The notes beneath the pieces were generated by a model, which was not told where the DNA came from, searched no databases, and saw only the letters and a program-made list of their open reading frames with translations. A DNA stretch of 64,000 nucleotides from an uncultured delta proteobacterium (GTDB lineage: Bacteria; Myxococcota_A; Polyangia; Polyangiales; Polyangiaceae). Positions 34,246 through 48,066 of the stretch are shown here, in pieces (the first letter of the stretch is position 1; each line of letters begins with the position of its first letter). The DNA lies in assembly GCA_963806225.1 (NCBI GenBank), contig CAWDXG010000004.1, positions 2,944,001 to 3,008,000 of the forward strand, written 5' to 3'. Both the position numbers and the translations under genes were made by a program.

Positions 34246-34896
34246 GCTGCCGCAGGGCCCGCCGCCGAGTACCGCCTGGAATTTCAGCCACTTGGCGCGC
34301 GCGCGCTCGGCCGGGATTTACTTATCCGCGCGGCTATCGCATAACCTGCCGCGGAAAATCAGAGCCTTCAGTTTTCTGCGCGTGCACTCCCGGGACAGCG
34401 AGGGAGGCGTGAGCGACCCCGGAAGGGCGTCGCTCTGCCAGTGGGTAGCCCGGTGACCGGCATCATAGACGGTCCACGCACGGAGTGCCTGGACGGTCGT
34501 GCAAATCTCCCCTCCTCCCCATCGGCTGCCAGGGCGTTGCCTCCCACAGGACGCGCCCATCCGGGGCCGTAGTGTCCCGTCCACACCGCACCTTACGGTG
34601 CGGAATGATCGTCCACGCGCGTGGACACAGCGCCCTCCGACGGGCGTCCAAAAACACACTGTTCTGTATCCAACGGTGAGGTCTAGTCGCCATCCGACCC
34701 CGAGTCGTGGTAGCGACGCTCTCGCCGACAGCCCCTAGCCCTCCGGCCGCTCTTCCGACCGGGACAGGAGGAAGCGGCGAGACGGGCCAAGAGCGACCCG
34801 CGGCACAAGCGAATACCAGATGACTTCCACCTCCAAGCGACCCACTCGCGACGGTCACGTCCGGGAGCGCGTCATGGTCCTCCCCGGTTTGTAGCG

Positions 34897-35554
34897 ATGA
34901 AGCTGTTCGTATTTCCCCGCTGGGCGAACAAGACGAAGCCAATCGTAGGTGCGGTGATGACCATCGCGCCGATCTACGTGATTGCGCTCGTGTGGTACGG
35001 CGCGTCGCCGAAGACGACCGAACGTCGGCTACATGCCGAAGCAGCCGGTACCGTACAGCCACGCCCTGCACGCGGGCGAGCTCGGCATCGACTGCCGGTA
35101 CTGCCACAACACCGTCGAGAAGGCGGCGGTTGCAGCGGTGCCGCCAACGCAGACCTGCATGAACTGCCATCAGCGCATCTGGACGAAGAGCCCGAAGCTC
35201 GCGCTGGTGCGCGACAGCTACAAGACGGGCAAGCCGATCGAGTGGGTGAAGGTGCACGACCTTCCCGACTACGTGTACTTCAACCACAGCGCGCACGTCA
35301 CCCGCGGCATCGGTTGCGTTTCCTGCCACGGCCGCATCGACAAGATGACCGAGGTCCACCAGGTCAAGACGCTCGCGATGGGCTGGTGTCTGGATTGCCA
35401 CCGCGCGCCCTGGAAGAACCTACGTCCGCCGGACCAGGTCACGAACATGAGCTGGAAGCCACCGAACGGTCAGGACCCTGTCCAGTACGGCAAGATGCTC
35501 GCGAAGAAGAACAACATCCATCCTCCAACCTACTGCTCGACATGTCACCGGTAG
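34897..35554 (+). CDS. actA: Alternative complex III pentaheme cytochrome c (one frameshift)
   Basis: TM anchor plus CRYCH, CMNCH, CVSCH, CLDCH, CSTCH; QPVPYSH, LPDYVYFNH; indel near 35022. Confidence 0.93.
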
Positions 35555-38500
35555 ACAAGAAGACCGAAAAGCCGACCTACTGGCGCAGCCTGGCCGAGCT
35601 GGAGAACGCTCCCGAGTTCCGCGAGTTCGTGGAACGGGAGTTCGCGACGCCGCTGGACGACCAGCCCGTCGGCTCGCCCGGACGCCGCCGCTTCATGCAG
35701 CTCATGGGCGCGTCGCTGGCGCTCGCTGGCGTCTCCGGGTGCCGTTGGCAGGAGGACCACCTGCTGCCGTACTCGCGGCGCCCGGCCGGCGAGATCCCGG
35801 GCGTCCCGCGCTCCTTCGCGACAGCGATGGACCTGGGCGGAGTCGCGACGGGCCTGTACGTCACCAGCTACGACGACAGGCCCATCAAGGTGGAGGGCAA
35901 TCCCGACCATCCCGGCAGCCATGGCACCTGCATGGTGCAGCAGCAGGCCAGCGTGCTGGACGTCTACGACCCCGACCGCAGCCAGGGCGTCGCGCAGTAT
36001 CGAGGCCAGAAGCGCCAGGACTCCAGCTACGCCAGGTTCGACGCGTTCGCGAAGAAGCACTTTGCCGCGCTGCGCGCCCGCGGCGGCAAGGGCCTTCGCA
36101 TCCTCGCCGAGGCCAGCTCCTCGCCGACCGTCGACATGCTCAAGCGGCGCCTGCTCGCCGGCTTCCCGCAGGCGAAGTGGGTCGAGTACGAGCCCATCTC
36201 GCACGACAACGAGCGCGAGGGCAGCCGGCTGGCTTTCGGCAGTCCTGTCCGCACGCAGTACGCGCTCGACAAGGCCGACGTGGTCGTCTCCCTCGACGCC
36301 GATCTGGTCAGCCAGCACCGCGCGGCGATCCCCAACGCGCGGGGCCTCGCGGAGGGGCGCGACCCGGACCGGTTCAAGATGAGCCGCGTCTACGCCATCG
36401 AGAGCACGCTGTCGCTCATGGGTGCGATGGCCGATCACCGCCTGCCGCTCCGTTCGGAGCTGATCAAGGCGGTGGCCGCGGCGCTGGACGCCGATCTCGA
36501 CGCCCAGCTCAAGCCCGACGCCGAGGTCCTGGGTACCGCCCAGCCCAAGCCCAAGGCCGCAGCTCTCGCGGACGCGAAGGTGGCGAAGTTCCTCTCCGTC
36601 GTCGTGAAGGACCTTCTGGCGAACAAGGGTCGGTCGGTCGTCGCCGTCGGCTCGCACCAGCCGCCGGAAGTGCACGCGGTCGTCCACCGCATCAACGCGA
36701 TGCTGGGCAACGTCGGCGTGACGCTGAGCTACACGGCCGAGCCGGACCCCGCTCGGCCCCCGCACGTCGAGGCGCTCCAGGCCCTGACCGCGGAGATGAA
36801 CGGCGGTCAGGTCGACACGCTGCTCATCCTCGGTGGCAACCCCGTCTACAATGCCCCCAGCGACGTCGCTTTCGGTGCTGCGCTCGGCAAGGTCAAGACC
36901 AGCATCCACCTCTCGGCCTACCAGGACGAGACCTCGCGCCAGGCGACCTGGCACCTGAACGCCGCCCACTACCTGGAGTCCTGGGGCGATGCGCGCGGCT
37001 ACGACGGTACGATCAGCATCGTGCAGCCGCTCATCGCTCCGCTGTACGGCGGGCGCTCGTGGATCGAGCTCCTGGCCATGGTGCTCGGCGAAACGCAGAA
37101 GCCGCTCGACATCGTCAAGAGCGCGCACACCAGGCGCCTGGGGGATCCCCGGAAGTGGCGCAAGGCGGTCGCCGACGGTGTCGTGCAGAAGTCGGCGTGG
37201 CCGACGGTGTCGCCGAAGCTCAAGTCTATTGACCCGATGAAGTTCACGCCGGGTGAGCTCGGTGGCGCCAAGGCCGAGGGCAGTGCGGTCGAGGTGCTGT
37301 TCACTCCGGACTTCAAGCTCTACGACGGACGCTTCGCCAACAACGCCTGGCTGCAGGAGCTCGCCGACCCGGTCACCAAGCTGACCTGGGAGAACGCGGC
37401 GCTCATTGCTCCCGCAACGGCCAACGCCCTGGGCATCGAAGAGTCCACGCGCGTCAAGCTGTCGCTGGACGGGCAGGAGATCACGCTGCCGGCGCTCTAT
37501 GCGCCCGGGCAGGCCGAAGGCTCGATCCGCGTTGCTCTAGGTTACGGCCGCACCACGCTGGGCCACGTCGGCGGGCTCGAGGAAGACGGCGTCGAGCCGA
37601 TCGGCGCGAACACCTACAAGCTCCGCAGCACGAAGGGCTACCACTTCGCCGAGGGTGCGAAGATCACGCCGACCGGCGAGAAGTACCGGGTCGGCTCGAC
37701 CCAGCATCTGTGGAATATCGACAAGATCGGCAAGGACGGCGAAGCCGACCGCGTGGACGATCTCGTCCGCGAAGGCAAGATGGAGGAGTTCAAGGAGAAC
37801 CCCGGCTTCGCCAAGGAGCAGGTCGAGCATCCTCCGCTGCTCAGCTTGTGGGTCCCTCCGGTGAACTACGCCGAAGGCCACAAGTGGGGCATGAGCATCG
37901 ATCTGAGCCGCTGCATCGGCTGCAACGCCTGCATGATCGCCTGCCAGGCCGAGAACAACATCCCGGTCGTCGGCAAGGAACGCGTGGTGATGGGCCGCGA
38001 GATGAACTGGATCCGCGTGGACCGTTACTACAAGGGGACGCCCGACGAGCCGGAAGTCATATTCCAGCCCGTGCCGTGCCAGCAGTGCGAGAACGCACCG
38101 TGCGAGAGCGTGTGCCCGGTGGGCGCGACGCAGCACAGCGACGAGGGCCTCAACGACATGACCTACAACCGCTGCATCGGCACGCGGTACTGCTCGAACA
38201 ACTGCCCCTACAAGGTACGGCGCTTCAACTTCTTCAACTACCACATGGAGTTCAAGCACGGGAAAAACAAGGTGAAGGCCATGGCCTTCAATCCCGACGT
38301 GACCTTGCGCTTCCGCGGCGTGATGGAGAAGTGCACGTACTGCGTACAGCGCATCCAGAACGTGAAGATCCAGGCGAAGAACCACAAGCGCGAGATCAAG
38401 GACGGCGAGATCAAGACCGCCTGCCAGCAGACCTGCCCGACCGAGGCGATCGTGTTCGGCGACCTGAACGACAAGTCGAGCAAGGTGGCCGCGCTGCACA

Positions 38501-38598
38501 ACAACCCGCGCTGCTACTCGCTCCTCGTCTCCCTCTTCACCATGCCCCGCACCCGCTACCTGGCACGTGTCAAGAACCCCCACCCGGAGCTCGGCTGA
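35542..38598 (+). CDS. actB: Alternative complex III molybdopterin-like/Fe-S subunit
   Basis: YWRSLAEL, Tat signal RRRFMQLMGAS, DGRFANNAWLQE, CIGCNAC, CQQCENAPC, CIGTRYC, KCTYC. Confidence 0.96.
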   Translation: MSPVDKKTEKPTYWRSLAELENAPEFREFVEREFATPLDDQPVGSPGRRRFMQLMGASLALAGVSGCRWQEDHLLPYSRRPAGEIPGVPRSFATAMDLGGVATGLYVTSYDDRPIKVEGNPDHPGSHGTCMVQQQASVLDVYDPDRSQGVAQYRGQKRQDSSYARFDAFAKKHFAALRARGGKGLRILAEASSSPTVDMLKRRLLAGFPQAKWVEYEPISHDNEREGSRLAFGSPVRTQYALDKADVVVSLDADLVSQHRAAIPNARGLAEGRDPDRFKMSRVYAIESTLSLMGAMADHRLPLRSELIKAVAAALDADLDAQLKPDAEVLGTAQPKPKAAALADAKVAKFLSVVVKDLLANKGRSVVAVGSHQPPEVHAVVHRINAMLGNVGVTLSYTAEPDPARPPHVEALQALTAEMNGGQVDTLLILGGNPVYNAPSDVAFGAALGKVKTSIHLSAYQDETSRQATWHLNAAHYLESWGDARGYDGTISIVQPLIAPLYGGRSWIELLAMVLGETQKPLDIVKSAHTRRLGDPRKWRKAVADGVVQKSAWPTVSPKLKSIDPMKFTPGELGGAKAEGSAVEVLFTPDFKLYDGRFANNAWLQELADPVTKLTWENAALIAPATANALGIEESTRVKLSLDGQEITLPALYAPGQAEGSIRVALGYGRTTLGHVGGLEEDGVEPIGANTYKLRSTKGYHFAEGAKITPTGEKYRVGSTQHLWNIDKIGKDGEADRVDDLVREGKMEEFKENPGFAKEQVEHPPLLSLWVPPVNYAEGHKWGMSIDLSRCIGCNACMIACQAENNIPVVGKERVVMGREMNWIRVDRYYKGTPDEPEVIFQPVPCQQCENAPCESVCPVGATQHSDEGLNDMTYNRCIGTRYCSNNCPYKVRRFNFFNYHMEFKHGKNKVKAMAFNPDVTLRFRGVMEKCTYCVQRIQNVKIQAKNHKREIKDGEIKTACQQTCPTEAIVFGDLNDKSSKVAALHNNPRCYSLLVSLFTMPRTRYLARVKNPHPELG

Positions 38599-38601
38599 GT
38601 C

Positions 38602-39981
<1,380 letters not shown>

Positions 39982-40003
39982 GGCCCCTGCCCCGGGTGAA
40001 GCC

Positions 40004-41239
40004 ATGAGCGACACGAAGAAGGAAGCCGGAAAAGCCGCCACGGAAGCCCCGCTGCACGGGCTCCTGGCGGAATACGAAACCCCCACCGCACTGGTCGAGG
40101 CCGCCAAACGCGTGCGCGACGCCGGATTCAAGAAGTGGGACACCTACTCGCCCTTCCCGGTGCACGGGATCGACCCCGCCATGGGCATCCAGCCGACGAT
40201 CCTTCCCTGGATTGTGCTGGTCGCTGGCCTGACGGGCTGCGGCGGCGGTCTGCTTTTGCAGTGGTGGACCAACACCTACGACTACAAGTGGCTGATCAGC
40301 GGCAAGCCCTTCTTCAGCATTCCCGCGAACATCCCGATCACCTTCGAGTTGACCATCCTGTTCAGCGCGGTCACCGCGCTGTTCGCGATGCTGATCCTGA
40401 ACGGGCTGCCTCGCCACCACCATCCGCTCGACCTGAAGAAGCGCTTCGCCCGTGTGACGGATGATCGCTTCTTCCTGATGATCGAGGCTGTCGACCCGAA
40501 GTTCGACGAGAGCGACACGCGGGAGCTGCTCGAAGAGACCGAGCCCGTTTTGCTCGACGAGGTCCTCGAGGATCGCGTCACTTCGGACAAGCTGCCGACA
40601 GGGCTCGTCTACGCGCTGGTCGTGATCTCGGTCGCATCGCTGGTGCCGTTCGGTCTGATCGCGCGCGCACGCGCTTCCACGATGCGCAAGACGCGGATTC
40701 ACATCATTCCCGACATGGATTCCCAGACGAAGTACAAGGCGCAGCGCATGCTGACGTTCTTCCCCGATGACCGCGCGATGCGCCCGCAGATCCCGGGGAC
40801 TATCGCCGTCGGTCAGCTGGACGCGGACGACCATTTGTACCGCGGCAAGGTCAATGGCGCCTGGGCGCTCACCTTCCCCAAGCAGGTCCCCGCCACGGAA
40901 GCGACGATGAAGCGCGGTCAGCAGCGCTTCGGTATCTACTGCACCCCCTGCCACGGCGTGGCAGGCAACGGCGACGGCATGGTGGCCAAGCGGGCCACGG
41001 CGCTCGCGCAGGGCACCTGGGTGCCGCCCGCCAATCTGAACCAGGACTACCTGCGCGTCATGCCGGTGGGGCAGATCTTCAACACCATCACCCACGGCAT
41101 CCGCAACATGCCCGCCTACGGGCCGCAGATTCCACCGAAGGATCGCTGGGCCATCGTCATGTACGTGCGGGCACTCCAGCGCAGCCACAAGGCGACCATC
41201 AACGACGTTCCGGCGACGGAACGCGGGTCACTGAAGTAG
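40004..41239 (+). CDS. actDE: Alternative complex III ActD-ActE fusion
   Basis: YSPFPVHG, GKPFFSIPA..FELTIL (ActD) in frame with PDMDSQ..YCTPCHG..MPAY..RWAIV (monoheme ActE). Confidence 0.92.
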   Translation: MSDTKKEAGKAATEAPLHGLLAEYETPTALVEAAKRVRDAGFKKWDTYSPFPVHGIDPAMGIQPTILPWIVLVAGLTGCGGGLLLQWWTNTYDYKWLISGKPFFSIPANIPITFELTILFSAVTALFAMLILNGLPRHHHPLDLKKRFARVTDDRFFLMIEAVDPKFDESDTRELLEETEPVLLDEVLEDRVTSDKLPTGLVYALVVISVASLVPFGLIARARASTMRKTRIHIIPDMDSQTKYKAQRMLTFFPDDRAMRPQIPGTIAVGQLDADDHLYRGKVNGAWALTFPKQVPATEATMKRGQQRFGIYCTPCHGVAGNGDGMVAKRATALAQGTWVPPANLNQDYLRVMPVGQIFNTITHGIRNMPAYGPQIPPKDRWAIVMYVRALQRSHKATINDVPATERGSLK

Positions 41240-41248
41240 GGCTCACCG

Positions 41249-42466
<1,218 letters not shown>

Positions 42467-42478
42467 CAGGTTACTGGG

Positions 42479-43105
42479 ATGGCTACCGAATCCGACAACG
42501 TAAACACCGGCGCCCTCGCGACGATCGTGATCGTGGGCGCGCTGGCGATGATCGGCATCACGACGGCGCTGACGGCGCTGGTGCGTACGCAGGCGGGCGA
42601 CAAGCAGGACCAGATGGACTCCACCGCCAACCTCAAGGCGTACCAGCAGATGGTCGCCTCGCAGCGGAAGGAGCTCGAGGAACCGCCTTCATGGGATGAC
42701 AAGGCGAAGGGGATCGTCCGCATCCCCATCGAGCGCGCCGAGCAACTGGTCGTCACCGATCTCGCCAAGAATCCCGCCTCCGCAAGCCCCGCCCCGCCCG
42801 ATGCGGGGGCGACGTCGCCCGCAGCGCTGGGCAAGTCGCTGTACACGAGCCAGGGCTGCTCCGCTTGCCATTCCCTGAACGGCAAGAAGGGCGTTGGCCC
42901 GAGCTGGAAGGGCATCTGGGGCACGACGGTCAAGCTCGCTGGCGGCGGCGAGGCCAACGTGGACGAGGGCTACATCCACGAGTCCATCGTCAACCCGCAG
43001 GCGAAGATCGTCGATACGTTTCCCCCGGTCATGCCGAGCTACAACGGCAAGCTGAAGGACAACGAGATCACCGCCCTCATCGAGTACATCAAGACGCTCA
43101 AGTAG
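42479..43105 (+). CDS. ActG-like protein fused to a monoheme cytochrome c
   Basis: Single TM, WDDKAKGIVRIPIERA (ActG-like), then GCSACH...VMP. Confidence 0.8.
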   Translation: MATESDNVNTGALATIVIVGALAMIGITTALTALVRTQAGDKQDQMDSTANLKAYQQMVASQRKELEEPPSWDDKAKGIVRIPIERAEQLVVTDLAKNPASASPAPPDAGATSPAALGKSLYTSQGCSACHSLNGKKGVGPSWKGIWGTTVKLAGGGEANVDEGYIHESIVNPQAKIVDTFPPVMPSYNGKLKDNEITALIEYIKTLK

Positions 43106-44133
43106 CAGCACGACGATCCCATGACGTTCTCAATCACCGCATCGATCGCGAACCTGGTGGCCGCGCCTCTGCCGAAGCTACCGAAGTCGCCGTACTTCTG
43201 GATGCCGCCGGAGATATCCACGAACGCCGCCAGCACGGACTGGCTCTTCCACGTGCTCATGCTCGTCTCGGTGATCTCGCTGGGCGGCATCGTCGCGGCG
43301 ATGATCTACTTCGTCATCAAGTATCGCGCGAAGAACGGGCGTGCCGCGAACGAGGTCCCGCAGAAGACCAGCGACCACAACACGACGCTGGAGATCACCT
43401 GGTCGTTCATTCCGCTTGTCATGACGATCGCGCTGTTCGTCTGGGGCTTCAAGGGCTTCGTCGACCTGCACAGCCCGCCGAAGGACACCTACGACATCCA
43501 CGCGCAGGGGCAGAAGTGGAAGTGGCTGTTCACCTATCCGAACGGCCTGACCGATGACGAGCTGCACGTTCCGGTCAACAAGCCGGTACGCATCATCATC
43601 AACTCCGTCGACGTGATCCACAGCCTGTACATCCCGGTTTTCCGCGTGAAGCAGGACGCGGTCCCGGGGCGCTACACGGAGCTGTGGTTCCAGGCGAAGA
43701 AGCCCGGCACCTATCCCATCTTCTGTGCCGAGTACTGCGGCCGCGGACACTCCACGATGCTCTCGCAAGATCGTGGTCCACAAGCCCGGCGGCTTCGAGG
43801 CGTGGCTCGACAGCGCCGCACAGAAGATGCAGGCCCTGCCCCCGGCCGAGCTCGGCAAGGAGCTCTACACCAAGCAGGGCTGTTCCGCGTGCCATTCCAC
43901 CAACGGCACGCGCGGCGTCGGACCGAGCTGGAAGGGGATCTGGGGAGAGGAAACGAAGCTCACCGACGGCAGCTCGGTCAAGGTGGACGAGAACTACGTC
44001 CGCGAATCGATCGTGGACCCGCAGGCGAAAGTTGTCGCCGGATTCGGCCCGGTGATGCCGACCTTCAAGGGCAAGTTGAAGGACAACGAGATCACCGCCC
44101 TCATCGAGTACATCAAGACTCTCAAGTAGCAGC
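43046..44133 (+). repeat. 64-bp direct repeat pair (43046-43109 and 44070-44133)
   Basis: Two mismatches in 64 bp; both copies encode GKLKDNEITALIEYIKTLK-stop followed by cagc. Confidence 0.9.
43121..44129 (+). CDS. coxB: caa3-type cytochrome c oxidase subunit II with C-terminal cytochrome c (one frameshift)
   Basis: LEITW, DVIHS, CuA motif CAEYCGRGHSTM, then GCSACH; indel near 43765. Confidence 0.95.
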
Positions 44134-44147
44134 GAGAAGGAAAGACC

Positions 44148-45835
<1,688 letters not shown>

Positions 45836-45866
45836 GCTACGGCCTCTCTGATTGGACCAAGGACCG

Positions 45867-47287
45867 ATGACGGATATGACTGCGGACGCGAAACCCAGCC
45901 ACGGCGGCCCCGGGCACGGCCACGATCATGAAGACGCCGTCCACGCGGAGAACCCGCACCTCCAGCACCACTTCGACACGCCCCAGCAGCAGTTCGATGC
46001 CGGCAAGCTGGGCATCTGGCTGTTCCTGGTAACGGAGATCCTGTTCTTCAGCGGGCTGTTCTGCGCGTACACGATCTACCGCGCCGAGCACCCCGAGGTC
46101 TTCATCTTCGCCCACTACTACCTGAGCGCAACGCTCGGTGGTGTGAACACGGCGGTGCTGATCCTCAGCAGCCTCACGGCGGCGTGGGCGGTGCGCAACG
46201 CGCAGCTCCAGCAGCACAGGATGCTGGTGGTGAACATCCTGATCACCATCGCGTGCGCCGCGACGTTCATCGTCATCCACGTGAACGAGTACTTCGAGCA
46301 CTACCACGCGGGGCTGATGTGGACGGACTGCGAGTCCACCAAGGGCAAGGCGCCCGAACGACTCAAGTTCGGTGTGTGCTTCAAGCCGAAGGAGCACGTC
46401 TGGGAGACCGAGACCTTCAAGGAAGAGCACCCGGAGTCGGCGAAGTTCGCCGAGAAGCTGTACGAAGAGGAGAAGGCGCAGAAGTCCGCCGATGTGGCGC
46501 CCCTGCCGACTCCGGCCGCTGCAAAGGTCGAGTTCGCCTCCCTGACGGCTGCGGAGGCCAGGGCCGGACGGACGGTGCCCGCGGCGGCATCTGCGGTTCC
46601 CGCCGCCCCGGGCAGCGCCGCGTCAGCCACGGCTCCCGCACCGGCTCCGCCCGTGAAGAAGACAGAGCACAAGGCGGCGAAGCCAAAGACCGAAGAGGCG
46701 GCACCCGCGCCGGGCGCTCCTGCGGCCCCTGCGCCAAGCGCAAGTGCCGCTGCCGCTCCGGGCGCGAGCGCCAGCGCCGCACCCGCACGGAGCGCTTCGG
46801 CGGCCCCTGCGCCAAGCGCAAGTGCCGCTGCCGCTCCGGGCGCGAGCGCCAGCGCCGCACCCGCGCCGGCTGCTGCGCCCGCGGCACCGAAGGCGGCAGC
46901 CCCGGCCGCTGCAGACAAGGGCGAGGGCACCGCAGACTATCGAAGCACTGGCGGCGGAGGAATCACGCTCCGGCACGATCGAAACGGATCTCGGCAAGAA
47001 GATCCAGCCGCTGGTCGACGCCGGCGTGATCGGGCCGATGTCGGCCGGCGGCGTCAGCTATCCGAAGGAATGGGCACGTCTTCTTCGCGCTCTACTTCTT
47101 CATGACCGGACTGCACAGCTTCCACGTGTTCGCCGGCATCATCGTGTGGCTGTGGATGCTGGCACGCGCCCTGAAGAAGCAGTTCGGCCCGACGTACTTC
47201 GGACCCATCGACTACGCGGCGCTGTACTGGCACCTGGTCGACATGATCTGGATCTACCTCTTCCCCCTCCTCTACCTGATCCGCTAG
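45867..47287 (+). CDS. coxC: Cytochrome c oxidase subunit III with large inserted loop (frameshifted)
   Basis: [26 protein letters not shown], then about 250 aa of insert, then [26 protein letters not shown]. Confidence 0.9.
46722..46864 (+). repeat. Two identical 65-bp copies (78-bp period) in the Ala/Pro insert of coxC
   Basis: gcggcccctgcgccaagcgc...gcacccgc at 46722 and 46800. Confidence 0.88.
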
Positions 47288-47303
47288 GACGCTCGAGGCA
47301 GAC

Positions 47304-48035
47304 ATGGCAAAGGACGAAGACAAGGCGAAGGACGACGTGAAGGACGACGCCGACACGGCCGAGCGCGAAGAGGCGAAGGCGGAAGCCAAGGGCGAAGAAG
47401 CCGAAGCCAAGGACGAGAAGTCCGGCGACGAGCCCGAAGCCAAGGACGAGAAGTCCGGCGACGAGCCCGAAGCCAAGGACGAGAAGTCCGGCGACGAGCC
47501 CGAAGCCAAGGACGAGAAGTCCGAGGACGACGACAGCGAGTCCGGGGACGACGAGGAGGACGAGGCCTCGACCGGGTCGCGCGACGAGGACGAGGACGCG
47601 GACGAGGAGGAAGTCGCAGCGGCTTCCGGACCGGCGAGCGGCCACGTGGCCGCCGCGGCGGCCCACGCCGGGCACGGCCACGACGAGCTCGCCCACATTA
47701 CGCCCGTGTCCCTCCTGTTCAAGGTGTGGGGCGCGCTGATGGTGTTCACGTTCCTGACCGTGGGAGCCTCGTACATCGACTTCGGCGGGCAGACCAACCT
47801 GGTGGTCGCGATGCTGATCGCCACCGTCAAGGCGTCGCTGGTCGTCGTGTTCTTCATGCACCTGCGCTGGGATCGGCGCTTCCACGCCCTCACGTTCCTG
47901 AGCGGCTTCCTGTTCGTGATCCTGTTCATCGGGCTCGCGCTGACCGATCGCGCCGAATACCAGCCGATGGTCAAAGCCTACCAGGACGCCCAGGCGAACC
48001 AGCACGGCGGGCTGCGTCTCGGTCCCCAGCCCTGA
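47304..48035 (+). CDS. coxD: Cytochrome c oxidase subunit IV with long acidic N-terminal extension
   Basis: C-terminal three-TM domain with IATVKASLVVVFFMHLRWD; N-terminal Asp/Glu-rich repeats. Confidence 0.9.
   Translation: MAKDEDKAKDDVKDDADTAEREEAKAEAKGEEAEAKDEKSGDEPEAKDEKSGDEPEAKDEKSGDEPEAKDEKSEDDDSESGDDEEDEASTGSRDEDEDADEEEVAAASGPASGHVAAAAAHAGHGHDELAHITPVSLLFKVWGALMVFTFLTVGASYIDFGGQTNLVVAMLIATVKASLVVVFFMHLRWDRRFHALTFLSGFLFVILFIGLALTDRAEYQPMVKAYQDAQANQHGGLRLGPQP
47401..47523 (+). repeat. 33-bp tandem repeat x3.7 (EAKDEKSGDEP)
   Basis: Unit ccgaagccaaggacgagaagtccggcgacgagc. Confidence 0.9.
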
Positions 48036-48066
48036 TCGGGCCGGGGTGCTGGCAGCCGCAGCGCCG

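Noticed and set aside
34897..38598. 1233-aa ORF that appears to fuse the ActA N-terminus to ActB
   Set aside because: A single indel near 35022 shifts the actA start into the actB frame; the intervening translation is nonsense and the five hemes lie in another frame
40004..41239. ActD-ActE fusion as a novelty
   Set aside because: This fusion is already known in ACIII operons of several lineages
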